NCBI RefSeq assembly: GCF_006345805.1 | Contig: NC_043002.1 | Span: forward strand, 29,574,001 to 29,638,000 | DNA length: 64,000 nucleotides | DNA from: Octopus sinensis | Lineage: Eukaryota | Direction: 5' to 3' | Part shown: one piece after another, positions 25,193 through 38,447 of the stretch | How the letters are laid out: the number at the start of each line of letters is the position of its first letter | Position numbering within the stretch: the stretch's first letter is position 1 | Notes under the pieces: model-generated | What the model was told of the DNA's origin: nothing | What the model saw: the letters and a program-made list of their open reading frames with translations, nothing else | Databases searched by the model: none | Position numbers and translations under genes: made by a program

Positions 25193-25415
25193 GTTTACAT
25201 GTGTTGTGTTAGAGGTGGAGATAATATCGAGTCAAAATACATCATTTCGTTTCGAAAATAGTAATAAATTTCAATTCGTATTACTTACTCGGATATTGTC
25301 CAATTCTTTGTTAGTAAATCTTTGGCTCCATAGGGTGTCCTTGTTTTCGATGTTTGTGGATAGATTTCGGAGCTCTGTATTTTCCTTCTTACATCTTAAA
25401 CGTCCCCGGTGTCTT

Positions 25416-25427
25416 TTATTATTATTA

Positions 25428-25499
<72 letters not shown>

Positions 25500-25545
25500 C
25501 ATCCTTATTATTATTATTATTATTTATTATTATTATTATTATTCT
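25416..25545. repeat. (TTA)n microsatellite at the Dong 5' flank
   Basis: Direct reading of the sequence. Confidence 0.95.
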
Positions 25546-25570
25546 TGTTGTTGTTGTCGTTGTTGTTATT

Positions 25571-26035
25571 GAGTGAAAAAGCAGCTCATACCCTCAAAGT
25601 GACACTGGTGTACCCAATATACCCATCAAGATGCCATCAAAGTGACACTTGGAAGCCCAATGTACCCAGCATGACTACCCATCTGATAGAGTACACGAGG
25701 CACATCCATATGTGCACGACCTGGTGATCCGATATTAAAATAAACATTGCATGTCCTTGTAAGTGGGATTCAGTTAAAATTTTGTTCAGGTCAAGTAGCC
25801 CATCCCACCTAACAGGCCCCTGTATAAGGGTTGTGTAAGGACGATCGAAACACCCAGGTTTCCAGAGAGGAATTATTCAAACCCCCAAAGAATTTCTTTC
25901 AACACATGGCTATGACGCTCCCTCACTACTCCTGCTCGTGATCGGATATGTCCATGTGGTCAGCTGCAATACAACAAGCTCAACTGGTTAATGGTCAAAC
26001 AAGTGACGAGAAAATCTGTGGTATTGAGCATACCG
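25571..26035 (-). mobile_element. Family D non-coding retroposon with (AAT)n tail
   Basis: Homologous to 62444-62864; ends CACTC-AATAAC in element orientation. Confidence 0.75.
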
Positions 26036-26217
26036 CAACTTTCATCATCTTCATCGTCATCATCATCATTATCATCATCATCATCATCATCCATCTGTAG
26101 TAGTAGTAGTAGTAGTAGTTGTAGGAGAAGGAGGAGGAGGATTGGCAGCTACACGCCTCGCAGCAAATCTGCCTTGCCACTATGTACTCTCTTCTGTTTT
26201 TAAGTTTTTTAAAATTT

Positions 26218-27376
26218 TATTTTGAGGAATGAACTGAATTCGGACGATGATACAAAACTTCATCGTTGGAATGTAAATAACGAAGACAATGTCACATTTT
26301 AAACTTTAGAAAAGTCTTGAATATATATTTACTGTTCCATTTACAGATCTCATTTGTAATGTGCGAATTGGTTGATTCCTTGATTCTGAAAATCCATGTT
26401 TATCCACACTATTAGGCAAAACCAAGTGCACCGATTTTTATGGGTATAATTGTAAATTTGTAATCTGGACATAGAAGCTGGAGGTTTCGAAACAGTTGTC
26501 CATATTTATCTCTTTCTGTTTGATTTGAAATAAATTTTCACATCAGCAGGACTACTGACCTCCATGACGGTACATACTTTTCTTTACTTTCCCAAACAGC
26601 ATCCGATGCTTATAGCAGATGCTTGCTCATAACAGACAATTTGACGGGAATGTTCCACCAGTATTCTTTGCGTTGCTGTTTCTGTACATAATTTATACAT
26701 ATTCAATAATAGGAGGATACTCTACATTCGCTCCAGGACAGACTTTGTTTCTGGATAGCATTGCAGTTTGTTTTAGCGACACTGTGCAAACACATAGGGA
26801 GGTAATACCTTAATGAAATTTGGGGGCAATTGCTAATGATATGTGTGATGTTTTCCTCATATATACGAGATAATCTACAATTTCGGTTGTAGAGACTTCA
26901 TTGTCTCATATTTATTATTACGTACTTAAAAGCAATCTCCTGTCCTTGAACTGAAAATGCAAGTCCTTGGAAGTGTAATGTGAAATAGCAGTTACGAGTT
27001 CAGGAGAAGCTTCGTTTCATGTCAATGTTACTATTTCCCGCAATTCTCCCAGAAACATACCCATGCACGCTCTATTTTAGTATGCTGAGCGCTTTACCTC
27101 CAGGTCTTCTTTCAGGTATGCTAGTCTGATTTGCGGTTGAATGGGAGGTCGTCAGGAAGAGAGTGCTTCCTGAGGAGCTCGCTACAATCACCTATTTTTT
27201 CTTCACTTTTCAACTCTAGGTTGGTTAATATGTTTATTTTTTTCTGTTGTTATTTAGCTGGTACTGTCTGAGAGACACTATACGACATTCAAAGCCTGTC
27301 TGCACCGATATCCAGCCTCTACACTCTTTATCTCTTCTTAGGTAACGTCTTTCGATATCACTATTTCTGTGGAAAT

Positions 27377-27377
<1 letters not shown>
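26218..27377 (-). mobile_element. RLE-LINE family 2, decayed 3' fragment
   Basis: FHRNSDIERRYLRR...RGWISVQ, NCRL...NITHIISNCP...RYYLPM, KEYWWNIPVK, EVSSPADV, RNLQLLCPDYKF..IPIKIGALG; several stops and frameshifts. Confidence 0.82.
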
Positions 27378-27407
<30 letters not shown>

Positions 27408-27599
27408 GTGTGTGTCTGTCTGTATGTATGTATGTGTGCTTGTGTTTGTGCGTGAGTGCATGTATGTATGTACTTACGCACCCATGTCATCGCCACCAGT
27501 GGAGGAAACAGTGAAAAAAAGAGTGAATATTTTTTTGAAAAAAATAGACTGCATTTTCATGCAGAAATTAAGCAATCTGCTCGAAAATGTCCAGGCAGT

Positions 27600-27695
27600 G
27601 TAGTGGATAAGGGAAGATTGGTCTGAAATATCTACGGACGAGTACGTATATCAAAAGCTGAGCTCATCACTCACCAACGGAGCCACAAGGGTAAT
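27600..27695 (+). mobile_element. Decayed RTE-like LINE 3' end (C2H2-like)
   Basis: LV*NIYGRVRISKAELITHQRSHK resembles a CxxCGR.C.SKAGL..HQRSH terminus. Confidence 0.4.
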
Positions 27696-30259
27696 GTATA
27701 CTTTTGAGCGTACGTTGTTCTAAATTATCAGTGACGGTTTCCCGTGGTCAAGAGTAGACAGCCATAATACGCACGCCCACACATGCAAGCACACACGCAC
27801 ACACATACACATATGCAAGCATGCATACACACACACAAAAAAGAAGTATATATATATATATGTATGTATGTATGTATGCATATATGTATGTATAACGTCG
27901 AAGCCACTATCAACCTTTCCTTGTAAAATTTGAATACACAAGTACTCAACTAAAAAGTATTGAGTAATCATTTAGCTTGACGATAAACTGTTTTTGTATA
28001 TAATTTTGACGTGCAGATACTAGAGTATATAATATATAAACGTATGTACGTACAAATGCACATGCATGTGTTTGTGTGTGGGGGTATATATGAATATATG
28101 TCTGTGTGTGTAGTATACATGAAACTACACATCAGGAGATCCCAACATTAATTGAAGGCGTACTCAATACATATATCTAGTGTATTAAAATTAACGTGTA
28201 GAAGGAAAAGTTTGATAATGCCCCCGAAATTTTATCGATGATTAGTTTTGTCCAACTGTCTAAATTGACACCGGCCGTACCTCGAAGTATCCACCAAAAT
28301 TTCGAAGTATAAATTAATATAGTAATGAATGAATGTGTCTATTAATGTGAGTACATGGACACTTATATAACTGTGTGCGTGTGTGTGTGTATGCGCGTCT
28401 ACGTGTGTGTGTATATGTGTTTATCGTAAGAGAACACGTTTGTCTATCTGAATATATGTATATATTCACGTAGGTTTCTGAGCGTACACATGTGAGTGTG
28501 TTTGGACGTTTGTGTGTATGTGTGTTTATAAAGAGGCAAATAAGATAAAAGTTTTTATTTCTTTGCCGACTTATTTGCGATTTTCAAAGATGTCTGATCG
28601 GTTAGGTGTGGTAGTGTATGGCTTTGAATGTTGGTGGCGAGTGAGGTTGAAAGAAGATGTGTAAAAGGTCTGACAACATAAACAAACACAAGTGATAAAA
28701 CAGATGGTAGGGATAACTTTATAAAGATTCCCTTCTGTCGAGATTGGGAAATGTTCATAATGGAAATATGCAAACAGTGAGAAACCTAAAGCCACGCAGA
28801 TCACATGTACTCACGCGTACACACTTTTACAACCAGCGCGCACACATAAACTACACAAAAGTACACACAAGCACATATATGTGTGTGTGTGTGTGTATTA
28901 CGAGTGCCTCTGTATGTGTACAATCTTAAATAGTCCAAAACCTATAAACCTATAAACCTACAATCTTAAATAGTCCAAAACACCGGTGTTGTTTTAGCAT
29001 TGATGAGAATAGAATAGTGTTGAATTCCCATCTCTGAGGTATTTTGGTCGATCGAATATGAGATCGAATGAGATGTGCTGAAGTGTTGCATTGCATCATT
29101 TTCAGGTACGCTATACTATTAGAAACGTACGGAACTGATAAATCACGAATACATTTCTATTCTTTTGTGTTCATGTATACACAGACACATACATATATAT
29201 TTATCAATATATTTATATGTATGTATGTATGTATGTATGTAAGTATGTATGTATGTATGTATGTATGTATGTATGTATGTATGTTATGTATGTATGAACA
29301 CACACACATCTATCTATCTATCTACCTATCTACCTGTATATATGTGTGTGTGTATCTGTGAGTATGTCAGTGAATGTGTGTGTGCGTGAGTAAGTGTGTG
29401 TGTGCGTGTGTGTGTGGTTTCGTAAGATCGAAACAAATTACGTAGACAAGTTTGCGGATAAGATGTTTTTACAATTGTAATCCGCAAACTCGTATTCTAG
29501 CGAGCTTGATAAACATTTCACTCCATTGCGAGAGCTGAGATTTTTTTCTTTTTTTTTTTTTTACCACCGACATATGTAGTATATAACTGTATATACGAAA
29601 TAATGTAACCCGCGCACACTTACGGCTCGATAACATGTACCATGCTTTTGCTAATTGTTTTAGGTGCCTATCGAGCAGTGATCAGATAGGGATCTCTCTC
29701 GACTCTCCCCACTCTTTAGTCCATTTCTTTCAGACTACAAATGATGTGCAACCAATAGTAATGACTATTGTTGATGTAAAAGTGTTGAACCATCCAGTAA
29801 TAATAAGAAATTACTATGCTAATTTAAACAATAGGTAGAATCGAGGCCATAGTAGCCCCGTAGCTAGAAAATCAACGAACACAACAACAGCAACAACAAC
29901 AGCAGCAGAAGCAACAAGAAGTCGTGACTTATCCACAGCCGTTGCTGTCTCATGTATTGAAGAGTACATAGGAGCAGAGCCAGATTAAAAGAGAGTGAAG
30001 GCGAAAATTTCCCCGCGCCTCCGAGTATAATGCTTCCCCAGCTACGATGGGAATGTAGCACTCAGTACAGGGAAGGGCCAATTCCCAGTTACTTGACATG
30101 AAGAGGCTCTGCTTCAATATACAAAGGTATCTTGACTTCCTAAAAAATGTAATGGATTCTCTGTTATGATAAATTACTATAGATTTTGCCACTTTAGAGA
30201 CACCAGAGCAACTGCTGTCGCTGCTTTTGGGACATATGCATGTATGTACTTATGTATTT

Positions 30260-30294
<35 letters not shown>

Positions 30295-30433
30295 AAAAGA
30301 GTTTGACCGAAAGAAGTTACTTCTCTAGGTCAAAATACTTTCAACGCATGACTGAGCAATGACACTTTCAGTTAAAGGTACATGCACACATACCTGCGCG
30401 TGCATATACACATATATTGCTACTTTTAAACTT

Positions 30434-31390
30434 AGTTATTTTGGTGAGGCATTGAAAACTGGACTTATTTTATGAAACAACAAAGTATGGAATATGCTCC
30501 AAAATTAAAATTTTGAATTAGTTATAGTTATTGTTATCAACATTTAGTTGAATTTAATTATCGTTATCAACATTTAGTTGAAATTAGTTTTAGTTATCAA
30601 CAGATAAAAACCTTTGTTTTCGGGTTATTTTTGTTTGTATGTATGCATATATGTGTTTGCAGAATTGGATGTTTTATGTATGTTTTCTTATGCATATAGT
30701 TGCATATCTAGGCATACTCATATATATTTAAATGATAAATTTCTGGAGAGTGTTATAGATTTTTACTGTTCCACTGATGGATTTGATCTGTAGTCTTCGA
30801 ATTAGCTTTCTTCTTTCTGATTTTGAGAAGCCTAACTTCTCAAGATTGCTATCTAGGCAGTGTGTTACCTATCTCAAGCCCCAAATAATTACAGGGTTAA
30901 ATCTGAACTTGTAATCTGGATAGAGTAACTGTAGATTTCTCAATAGTTCGGCATAGGTGTTCTCTTTTTCACTGATCTTCAGCTTTATGTTAACATCGGC
31001 TGGGCAGCTAATTTCCACAAATGTCCACAGTTTCTCTTCTCTATCCCAAATCACTATATCAGGTTTGTTGTGCTTACATTTTACTGAGGTCTTCACTAGT
31101 ACCTTCCACCAGTATTCCTTTTTATTCTGAGTGGCTATGGCTTCTACCATATTGTGGGTTCTTATTTGTTTGTCTTCGGGATTACCATTCCGATGGATTT
31201 CATTATAGAGTGTCCTAGCTACAACGTCATGTCTCATCGGTAGATAATACCGTGATGACATTTTCGGACAACTGTTTATCATGTGGGTGATATCTTCAGT
31301 GTTAACACCACAAAGTCTGCATCGTTTGTTACATTTTACAGCTTTGCCTGTATGTCGATCTCTTTTCTGCATCAGGTACTTGGTTGATAT
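30434..31390 (-). mobile_element. RLE-LINE family 2, 3' fragment with 3' UTR
   Basis: CRLCGVNTEDITHMINSCP, RHD, NKPDIVIWD...VEISCPAD...EKENTY; stop at 30728; 31-bp tandem repeat in the 3' UTR (30530-30600). Confidence 0.9.
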
Positions 31391-32427
31391 ATATGTATGT
31401 ACGTACGTATGTATGTATGTATGTATGTATGTATGTATGTATGTATGTATGTATGTATGTATGTATGTATGTATGTATGTATGCAAGTATGAATATATGT
31501 ATGCATGTATGTGCGTATGAATGTATGTATACTTGTATGTATATATTTACATATATATATATATTTATATATATATATATATACATACACATATGTATGT
31601 GTGTACGTAAAGATAGATAGATGTATACACTGATGGATTTAGTGCGCAAAAGTTTCTATGTGTGTGTATGTGTATACGAATGCGCGCGTGTGTGTATATA
31701 TATATATATTAATATATATATTTCTTTATTGCCCACAAGGGGAAATATATATATATATATATTATGTGTGTAAGTAAGTATGTATGTATACTTACGAATG
31801 TGTGTGTGTGTGTGCTGTGTCTCTTCGTGGTTTTGAGTGAGAGCACACCTAAATGATAGGTAGATGGGTAGATAACTACCGAGAAACAAAGTGAGTGAGA
31901 AAGAGAGAGCGAGAGAGAGAGAGAGAGAGAGAGAATGGCAGAGAAAAGAGAGAGATGAGAGAGCAGGAGAGAGTGGGAGAGATAGTCAGAGAAGTGTTTA
32001 GAGCAAATTTCATTTCTACATTATTTGTTCATGAACTAAAATGTTTGTGTGTATGTCTAAGTTTTTATGTATTACATTTCCCTATTATGTGAGTAAAGAA
32101 ACGCATGTGCGGTGTGGGTATGCGTATTTTATATTCTTTCTGTGTGTGAGTGCGGGCGCGTGTGTCAGTGGGTATGTATATGTGTGTAAATGTGTGTGTT
32201 TGTGTGTACGTGTGTGTACGTGTGTGTGTGTGTGTGTGCATGTGCCTCTGTGTGATTATACGAATACGCACTCGACACATATATATTCACATATTCACAC
32301 GTATATCTATAATACAAGGAATACAAAGTTATGAAAGCAGCAGCAAAAAAAAAACAAAAACAATATATATTTTATATATATATATATATATATGTAAATA
32401 TATATATATATGTAATATATATATATG

Positions 32428-32474
<47 letters not shown>

Positions 32475-32496
32475 AATATATATATATATGTATAGT

Positions 32497-32531
<35 letters not shown>

Positions 32532-32780
32532 CGGTGTATATATATGTGTATATATATGTGTGTGTGTGTATATAGATATAAATACTATATATATATATGT
32601 ATTAATGTGTAAAAAACATGTATGTATGCATATATATGAATGTATATATATGCATGTATGTATGTATGTATGTATGTATGTATGCATATATGTAATCAAA
32701 AGTGATATGAATAGATGAATAGATAGACAGATAGACAGATACAGAGGTAGATAAATAGATAAAGAGAGAGAGAGAGGGAT
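31391..32780. repeat. Compound (TATG)n, (TA)n, (TG)n, (GA)n field
   Basis: Direct reading of the sequence. Confidence 0.9.
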
Positions 32781-33469
32781 AAAGAGACAGAGACAGAACT
32801 TGTAAGCAAAGTAGTATCAGTGGTAGTAAGAGGTGCGAACGTGAGTATGCAAACGATATATAGCGGGTGTTGTTTCATTGCTATGAGGGCAGGTGTGTAA
32901 TAGAAGCGGAAGTGAGGTCTGTGAACCTAATAGGTAACATATTGAAGGTGGAGTAATGAGTGAAGGGTGGAGGTTGTGAGATGTGTGAGAAGTGGGTGGT
33001 GGCATTTGAAGACGTTGTATTGTATACGGGTGGAGGGTTCCAGGAACCCGCGCTATATAATATGGGTAGATGGGTTAAAACTTCTTTAGCAACTGGTTTG
33101 GTTTTATGCTAGATATGACAGCTGTAGAGTATTATGTGTTGTGTTGTTGTTCTTTATCTTCTTATCTATCTATATCACAGTCTGGCTTTCTATTTATTTA
33201 TCTGTTTAAACACACACACATCTACACACGCAATGATGCACACACATACACACATACATATATATGCATATATATACGCATATATAAATACACACATATG
33301 TGTTGATATATATTTACATATATATATATGTTCATGTATATATATATATGCATACATATAAGCCTACATATATATATATAAATGTATATACATGTGTGTA
33401 TATATATACATATATATATATAAATATTTAGGTATTATATTTATATGTATATACACACACACACATATC

Positions 33470-33503
<34 letters not shown>

Positions 33504-33590
33504 GATATCTATATGTCCATATGTATATATATATATGTATGTCCATATATATATATATATAATATATATGTATATATGTCCATATATATA

Positions 33591-33629
<39 letters not shown>

Positions 33630-33895
33630 CATACGCACGCTCACACACACAGAAAACACACAGACTCACACACACGCATATATGCCTGTGTGGACAAGAT
33701 AGATAAATACAGGTATATATGTATATCTTTCTGACTATATATCTACATATCTAAGTGCTCATCCTTTTATAATACCAAACGTGTGTGTGAATACATTTAT
33801 GCAAACCACTAAAACACACAAACGCGGAAGCTAAATAATATGTATATATTGCTGTAAAATGCTTTACAAGCCAGCGTATAGGCACACATATGATA

Positions 33896-34053
<158 letters not shown>

Positions 34054-34307
34054 GAATATGGTAGTGTATCCTCTTATATAAGCCCACTCAAACTCACATA
34101 TATACCAACACAAATATATTTATAGATAGATAGCATATCTTGTGAAGACTCGAAGAATCTTGCGTTCTAATTTAGTTGTTCCACGTGAAATGTGTTTACA
34201 CCAAAGTGCTCCCCTCTTACAGATTAACAGCAAAAATCAAATTCATTATTAAAATACAGAAAGGAGCTTTTACATATAGATTATATATGAATATACAAAT
34301 CACAAAC

Positions 34308-34471
34308 AGGTGCTGGAGTGGCTGTGTGGTAAGTAGCTTGCTTACCAATCACATGGTTCCGGGTTCAGTCCCACTGCATGGCAACTTTGGCAAGTGTCTT
34401 CTACTATAGCCTCGGGCCGAATAAAGACTTGTGTTTGAATTTGGTAGAGGAAAACTGAAAGAAGTCCGTTA
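34308..34471 (+). mobile_element. Family B tRNA-derived SINE, head and CORE-like segment
   Basis: A-box-like TGGCTGTGTGG, B-box-like GGTTCAGTCCC, then TTGGCAAGTGTCTTCTACTATAGCCTCGGG. Confidence 0.8.
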
Positions 34472-34536
34472 TATATATATATATATACATACACACACAT
34501 CGATAGATAGAAAGACAGATAGATTTATGCGTGTCT

Positions 34537-34567
<31 letters not shown>

Positions 34568-34568
34568 C

Positions 34569-34613
<45 letters not shown>

Positions 34614-35168
34614 CGTCTGTCTGTCTGTCTGCCTGCCTATCTATCTAAATGTGTATACATATAAATGTATACACATATACAAACATATATGTGTGTATAC
34701 GTGCGTGTGTGTGTGTTCATTTTGCATGTTTGTGTGCCTCTGCGTATATGTGTGTGTGTGTATGTGTGTTTGTGTGTGTGCAGCATATGCTCTCTCCAGA
34801 TACGATATCATGTTTCTAAGGGGTCGCACGTTCATAAAAACATGCTTGTGTGGGTCCTTCATCAGTGTATGGCAGAATTACTGGTAAATAAATAAATATG
34901 ATTTTTTTCTTCTTAGAACCAAGCAAGCAGGATAAAAAACAAAAAAAAATTGTGTACATCCCAATTATATGCCTGTGTGTGTATGTGTGCCTGTTTGTGT
35001 GTAATTGTGTGTACATATGTGTATTTATACAGAGATAAATATAGTTGTGTTTGTATATGTGTAGATGTTGATTCGTGTGTGCCTGCTTAAGTGGATATAC
35101 TACCATGTACGTCTATGTATGTATGTATGTAGGTATCTAAACATATATGTATACATACATACACACAC

Positions 35169-35240
<72 letters not shown>

Positions 35241-35908
35241 TTATTTATGTGTCGTAAGATATATAGATAGACAGATAGATATAGACACAATATATACGTA
35301 TTATTCTCGAGAAAATTTCGTTTTACGTCTCATACATTTGTGTATGCGTGGTACACGCACAGACACATATATGCATGTATATGTGTATATTTATTTATAT
35401 ATATATGTATATATACATACGTATATGTTCCTTTAACACACATAGACATACATATAAGTGTACATGTGTGGATATGCGTGCGCTTAAATATATATATGCT
35501 TATATAAGACATAAGCCAGTTTTCATGTCAACCTAGAAAAATAAATATGTCTCTCTGGTTTCCATAAGCAACGTGCCTTTATATCACTCAACATTACCAA
35601 CTGGGAACTGACTAATTTTCAAAACAGAACCACCCAAATTCTTTAACCCTTTATTTACATCATTTTCGATATTTAGTCTTTATTAAACGTTCTTTAACTG
35701 TCAAAATTTTGCCATTAATAATCATTTAATATTAGATGATGTAAACGATTTCATCATGGGATTTCATTATGTTTCATCAAACTCAGGACGTTCGTGTTTC
35801 AAACTCTATAACTCTTAGGGAAGATTTCACGGTCTGCATGTCTTATAATTGTTCTAGATCACTGTTCTTTCCATATAGAAGACGCCTTTTCATTGCTGTA
35901 TTATCCAT

Positions 35909-36046
35909 CCATAGCTGAGTGAACTGGAGCAAATTGAAAAGTCTTGCTTTTCTCGGGAACACAATGAATCACCCGTGCGGAATTAGGAACCAAGATCTTG
36001 TGATCGTCATTGCAAAACCCTAACGACTAGACCATGCACCTTCACT
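35909..36046 (-). mobile_element. Family C SINE, diverged 5' part
   Basis: GCTGAGTGAACTGGAGCAA...CCCTAACGACTAGACCATGCACCTTCAC. Confidence 0.6.
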
Positions 36047-36333
36047 AACAACTCCAGTTTTTATGAAATCGATAAAGCATTTGGCACTATGCTGTGGTGA
36101 CCCATCTTTTCCTTCTCTGGTCGCATCCTCACAAAACTGGAAAGCAATTCGCAACGAATTAAGATTTGTGCTGAGGTTATAAATAACTATATCATACCGA
36201 AAACACCGGTGTCTTCCCATTAACGAAGTTAAACCGAGTCTGTTTTGTAATCAAGCTAAACCACAGTTAGGGAAACTGGAATACTCAAAGATACTTCATT
36301 TACAATTCCTTCATCAGAATTGATGCCTTCTTT

Positions 36334-36545
36334 AGGCGGTGAACTGGCAGAAACGTTAGCACGGCGGGTGAAATGCTTAGAGGTATTTCGTCTGTCTTTA
36401 CGTGTTGAGTTCAAATTCTGCCGAGGTCGACTTTGCCTTTTATCCTTTCGGGGTCGATAAATTACCTATCAGTTGTGTACTGGAGTTGATCTAATCCACT
36501 GGTTCCCACCCTCAAAATTTCGGGTCTTGTGCCTAGAGTAGAAAA
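36334..36545 (+). mobile_element. Family A SINE, full length
   Basis: GGCGGTGAACTGGCAGAAACGTTAGCAC...GAGTTCAAATTC...GTGCCTAGAGTAGAAAA. Confidence 0.85.
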
Positions 36546-37677
36546 TAATTGATGTTTACTAATCTCCATCTATAATACCAACTGCTCTTCTTAGGTTGAA
36601 AACTATGGACTGCCAATCGGTTATTTTTCAGCTGTCTTTTTATATCAACTGTATTTTAATTATTAAAATTATCCGTCTACATAATTCTAGGTTTCCCCCT
36701 CTTCCTTTGTCCTCTTTTATTTTCCTTTCTATTAGCAATGTTTAGTAATAATTTCTTTCTGATTAAGTTTCAAAAATATTTTAGTTTTCTCTCTTTGGCG
36801 GTATCTTATAAAATATTTTTAGCTTTGACTATTTTAGTATTGTAACTTTATTTTTATGTTTTCTTTACGATATTCTCAAAATTCTTTTACATTTCCACAT
36901 CTCAAAATCTTGTGACCTATTTGATAGCATTATACTTGTGTTGATGTTCAAATCTGACCTCAATATGGTAGAGTAGACATCATTTAACATTTTACTTATA
37001 TTCTTCTGTTATCTATATTAATGTTGCTTCTTATTAACTTGCTTGCAAAAACTACCTAATAATATTTAAAGATTCAGGGATGGAGAAGTCACATTATCCG
37101 ATAGAGAGCCGACGACATACCTTGTAGAAGTTATTCTGTTTTTTGTTTCTATGTCCTGATTTGGAAAGATACCGAAAAAATCTTTGCACCCTGGTGTCGA
37201 TTAATTAAGATATATATAAAGCTCTTGGTTTGACATAACCGAATAACGGTTTTACCGGAAATTCCTGGCCTTGTACCTATACTAGAATTCATTGCTTGGA
37301 GATTGATGATGTTCTTTGTCAATAATATCGATAGAATATTTTGTCAATTTTCAAGGGACACCAAATATCACGAATGATTATGATACATATATAAAAAAAA
37401 GATATGATAAGCTCTCGTTTATATGTAAAATCCCACTGGCTGGAATCGTTCTCCGTATATATCGCATGCAATGCATCCGTGTTAACAATTAAACTACAGA
37501 TTCCCTATAGCGTCAGTATTTCTAGCAAGTCAAATGACCGACTTGTTGCAGTATATACCTATGCGAACTCTAAGAAGGTAGGCCTGTTACTACATTGTTC
37601 CTAGTATTTTCTCTTCTCAAATTGGTCTTTGTTATGTTTAGTTTCTTTTGCATTATTAACATTGGCAGAAGGTTGCG

Positions 37678-37805
37678 AACTGACAGAGTCGTTACTAGGC
37701 TGGTGAATATGCCTAGCAGTGTACTAGTCGAACACTGGAGTCGATGTAACCGGCTATACTTACTCTCCTAAATCTGCTGGCTTTGGGCCAAAATTTGAGA
37801 CCATT
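37678..37805 (+). mobile_element. Family A SINE, internally deleted
   Basis: Head GCGAACTGACAGAGTCGTTA joined to the 3' part ACACTGGAGTCGATGTAA...GGCCAAAATTTGAGACCATT. Confidence 0.5.
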
Positions 37806-37836
37806 ATCAATATGAGAAGATTACTACTCATTAGTC

Positions 37837-38069
37837 TTACTCTTTTACACTTCTACTTGTTTCAGTCATTTGACTGCGGCCATGCTGGAGCACCGCCTTT
37901 AGTCGAGCTAATCAACCCCATGACTTATTCTTTGTAAGCCTAGTCCTTATTCTATCGGTCTCTTTTGCCGAACCGCTAAGTGACGGGGACGTAACCCACC
38001 AGCATCAGTTGTTAAGCGATGTTGGGGGAGAAACACAGACACACAAACACACACAAACACACACACACA

Positions 38070-38138
<69 letters not shown>

Positions 38139-38320
38139 ATACATACATATACACGACGGGATTCTTTCAGTTTCCGTCTACCAAATCCACTCACAAGGCT
38201 TTGGTCGGCTCCAGGCTATAGTAGAAGACACTTGCCCAAAGTGCCACGCAGTGGGACTGAATCCAGAACCATGTAGTTGGTAAGCAAGCTACTTACCACA
38301 CAGCCCCTCCTACGCCTATA
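37837..38320 (-). mobile_element. Family B SINE, full length with internal (CA)/(TA) microsatellite
   Basis: Head at 38320, CORE-like part, internal microsatellite, 3' part ...CAGCATGGCCGCAGTCAAATGACTGAAACAAGTA and an A-rich repeat tail. Confidence 0.9.
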
Positions 38321-38396
38321 TTATTTCAATTTTTATTTTCATTTATTTTTTAAGAGCAAGAACAGACAAAACTTGCATGACATTAAGCTTGAAGAG

Positions 38397-38447
<51 letters not shown>

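Larger units (their letters stand above)
21461..25416 (-). mobile_element. Near full-length R4/Dong-clade RLE non-LTR retrotransposon in an (AAT)n tract
   Basis: One disrupted ORF (N-terminal domain, RT, CCHC, RLE), 5' UTR of about 220 bp, 3' UTR of about 97 bp, and (AAT)n on both flanks in element orientation. Confidence 0.95.
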
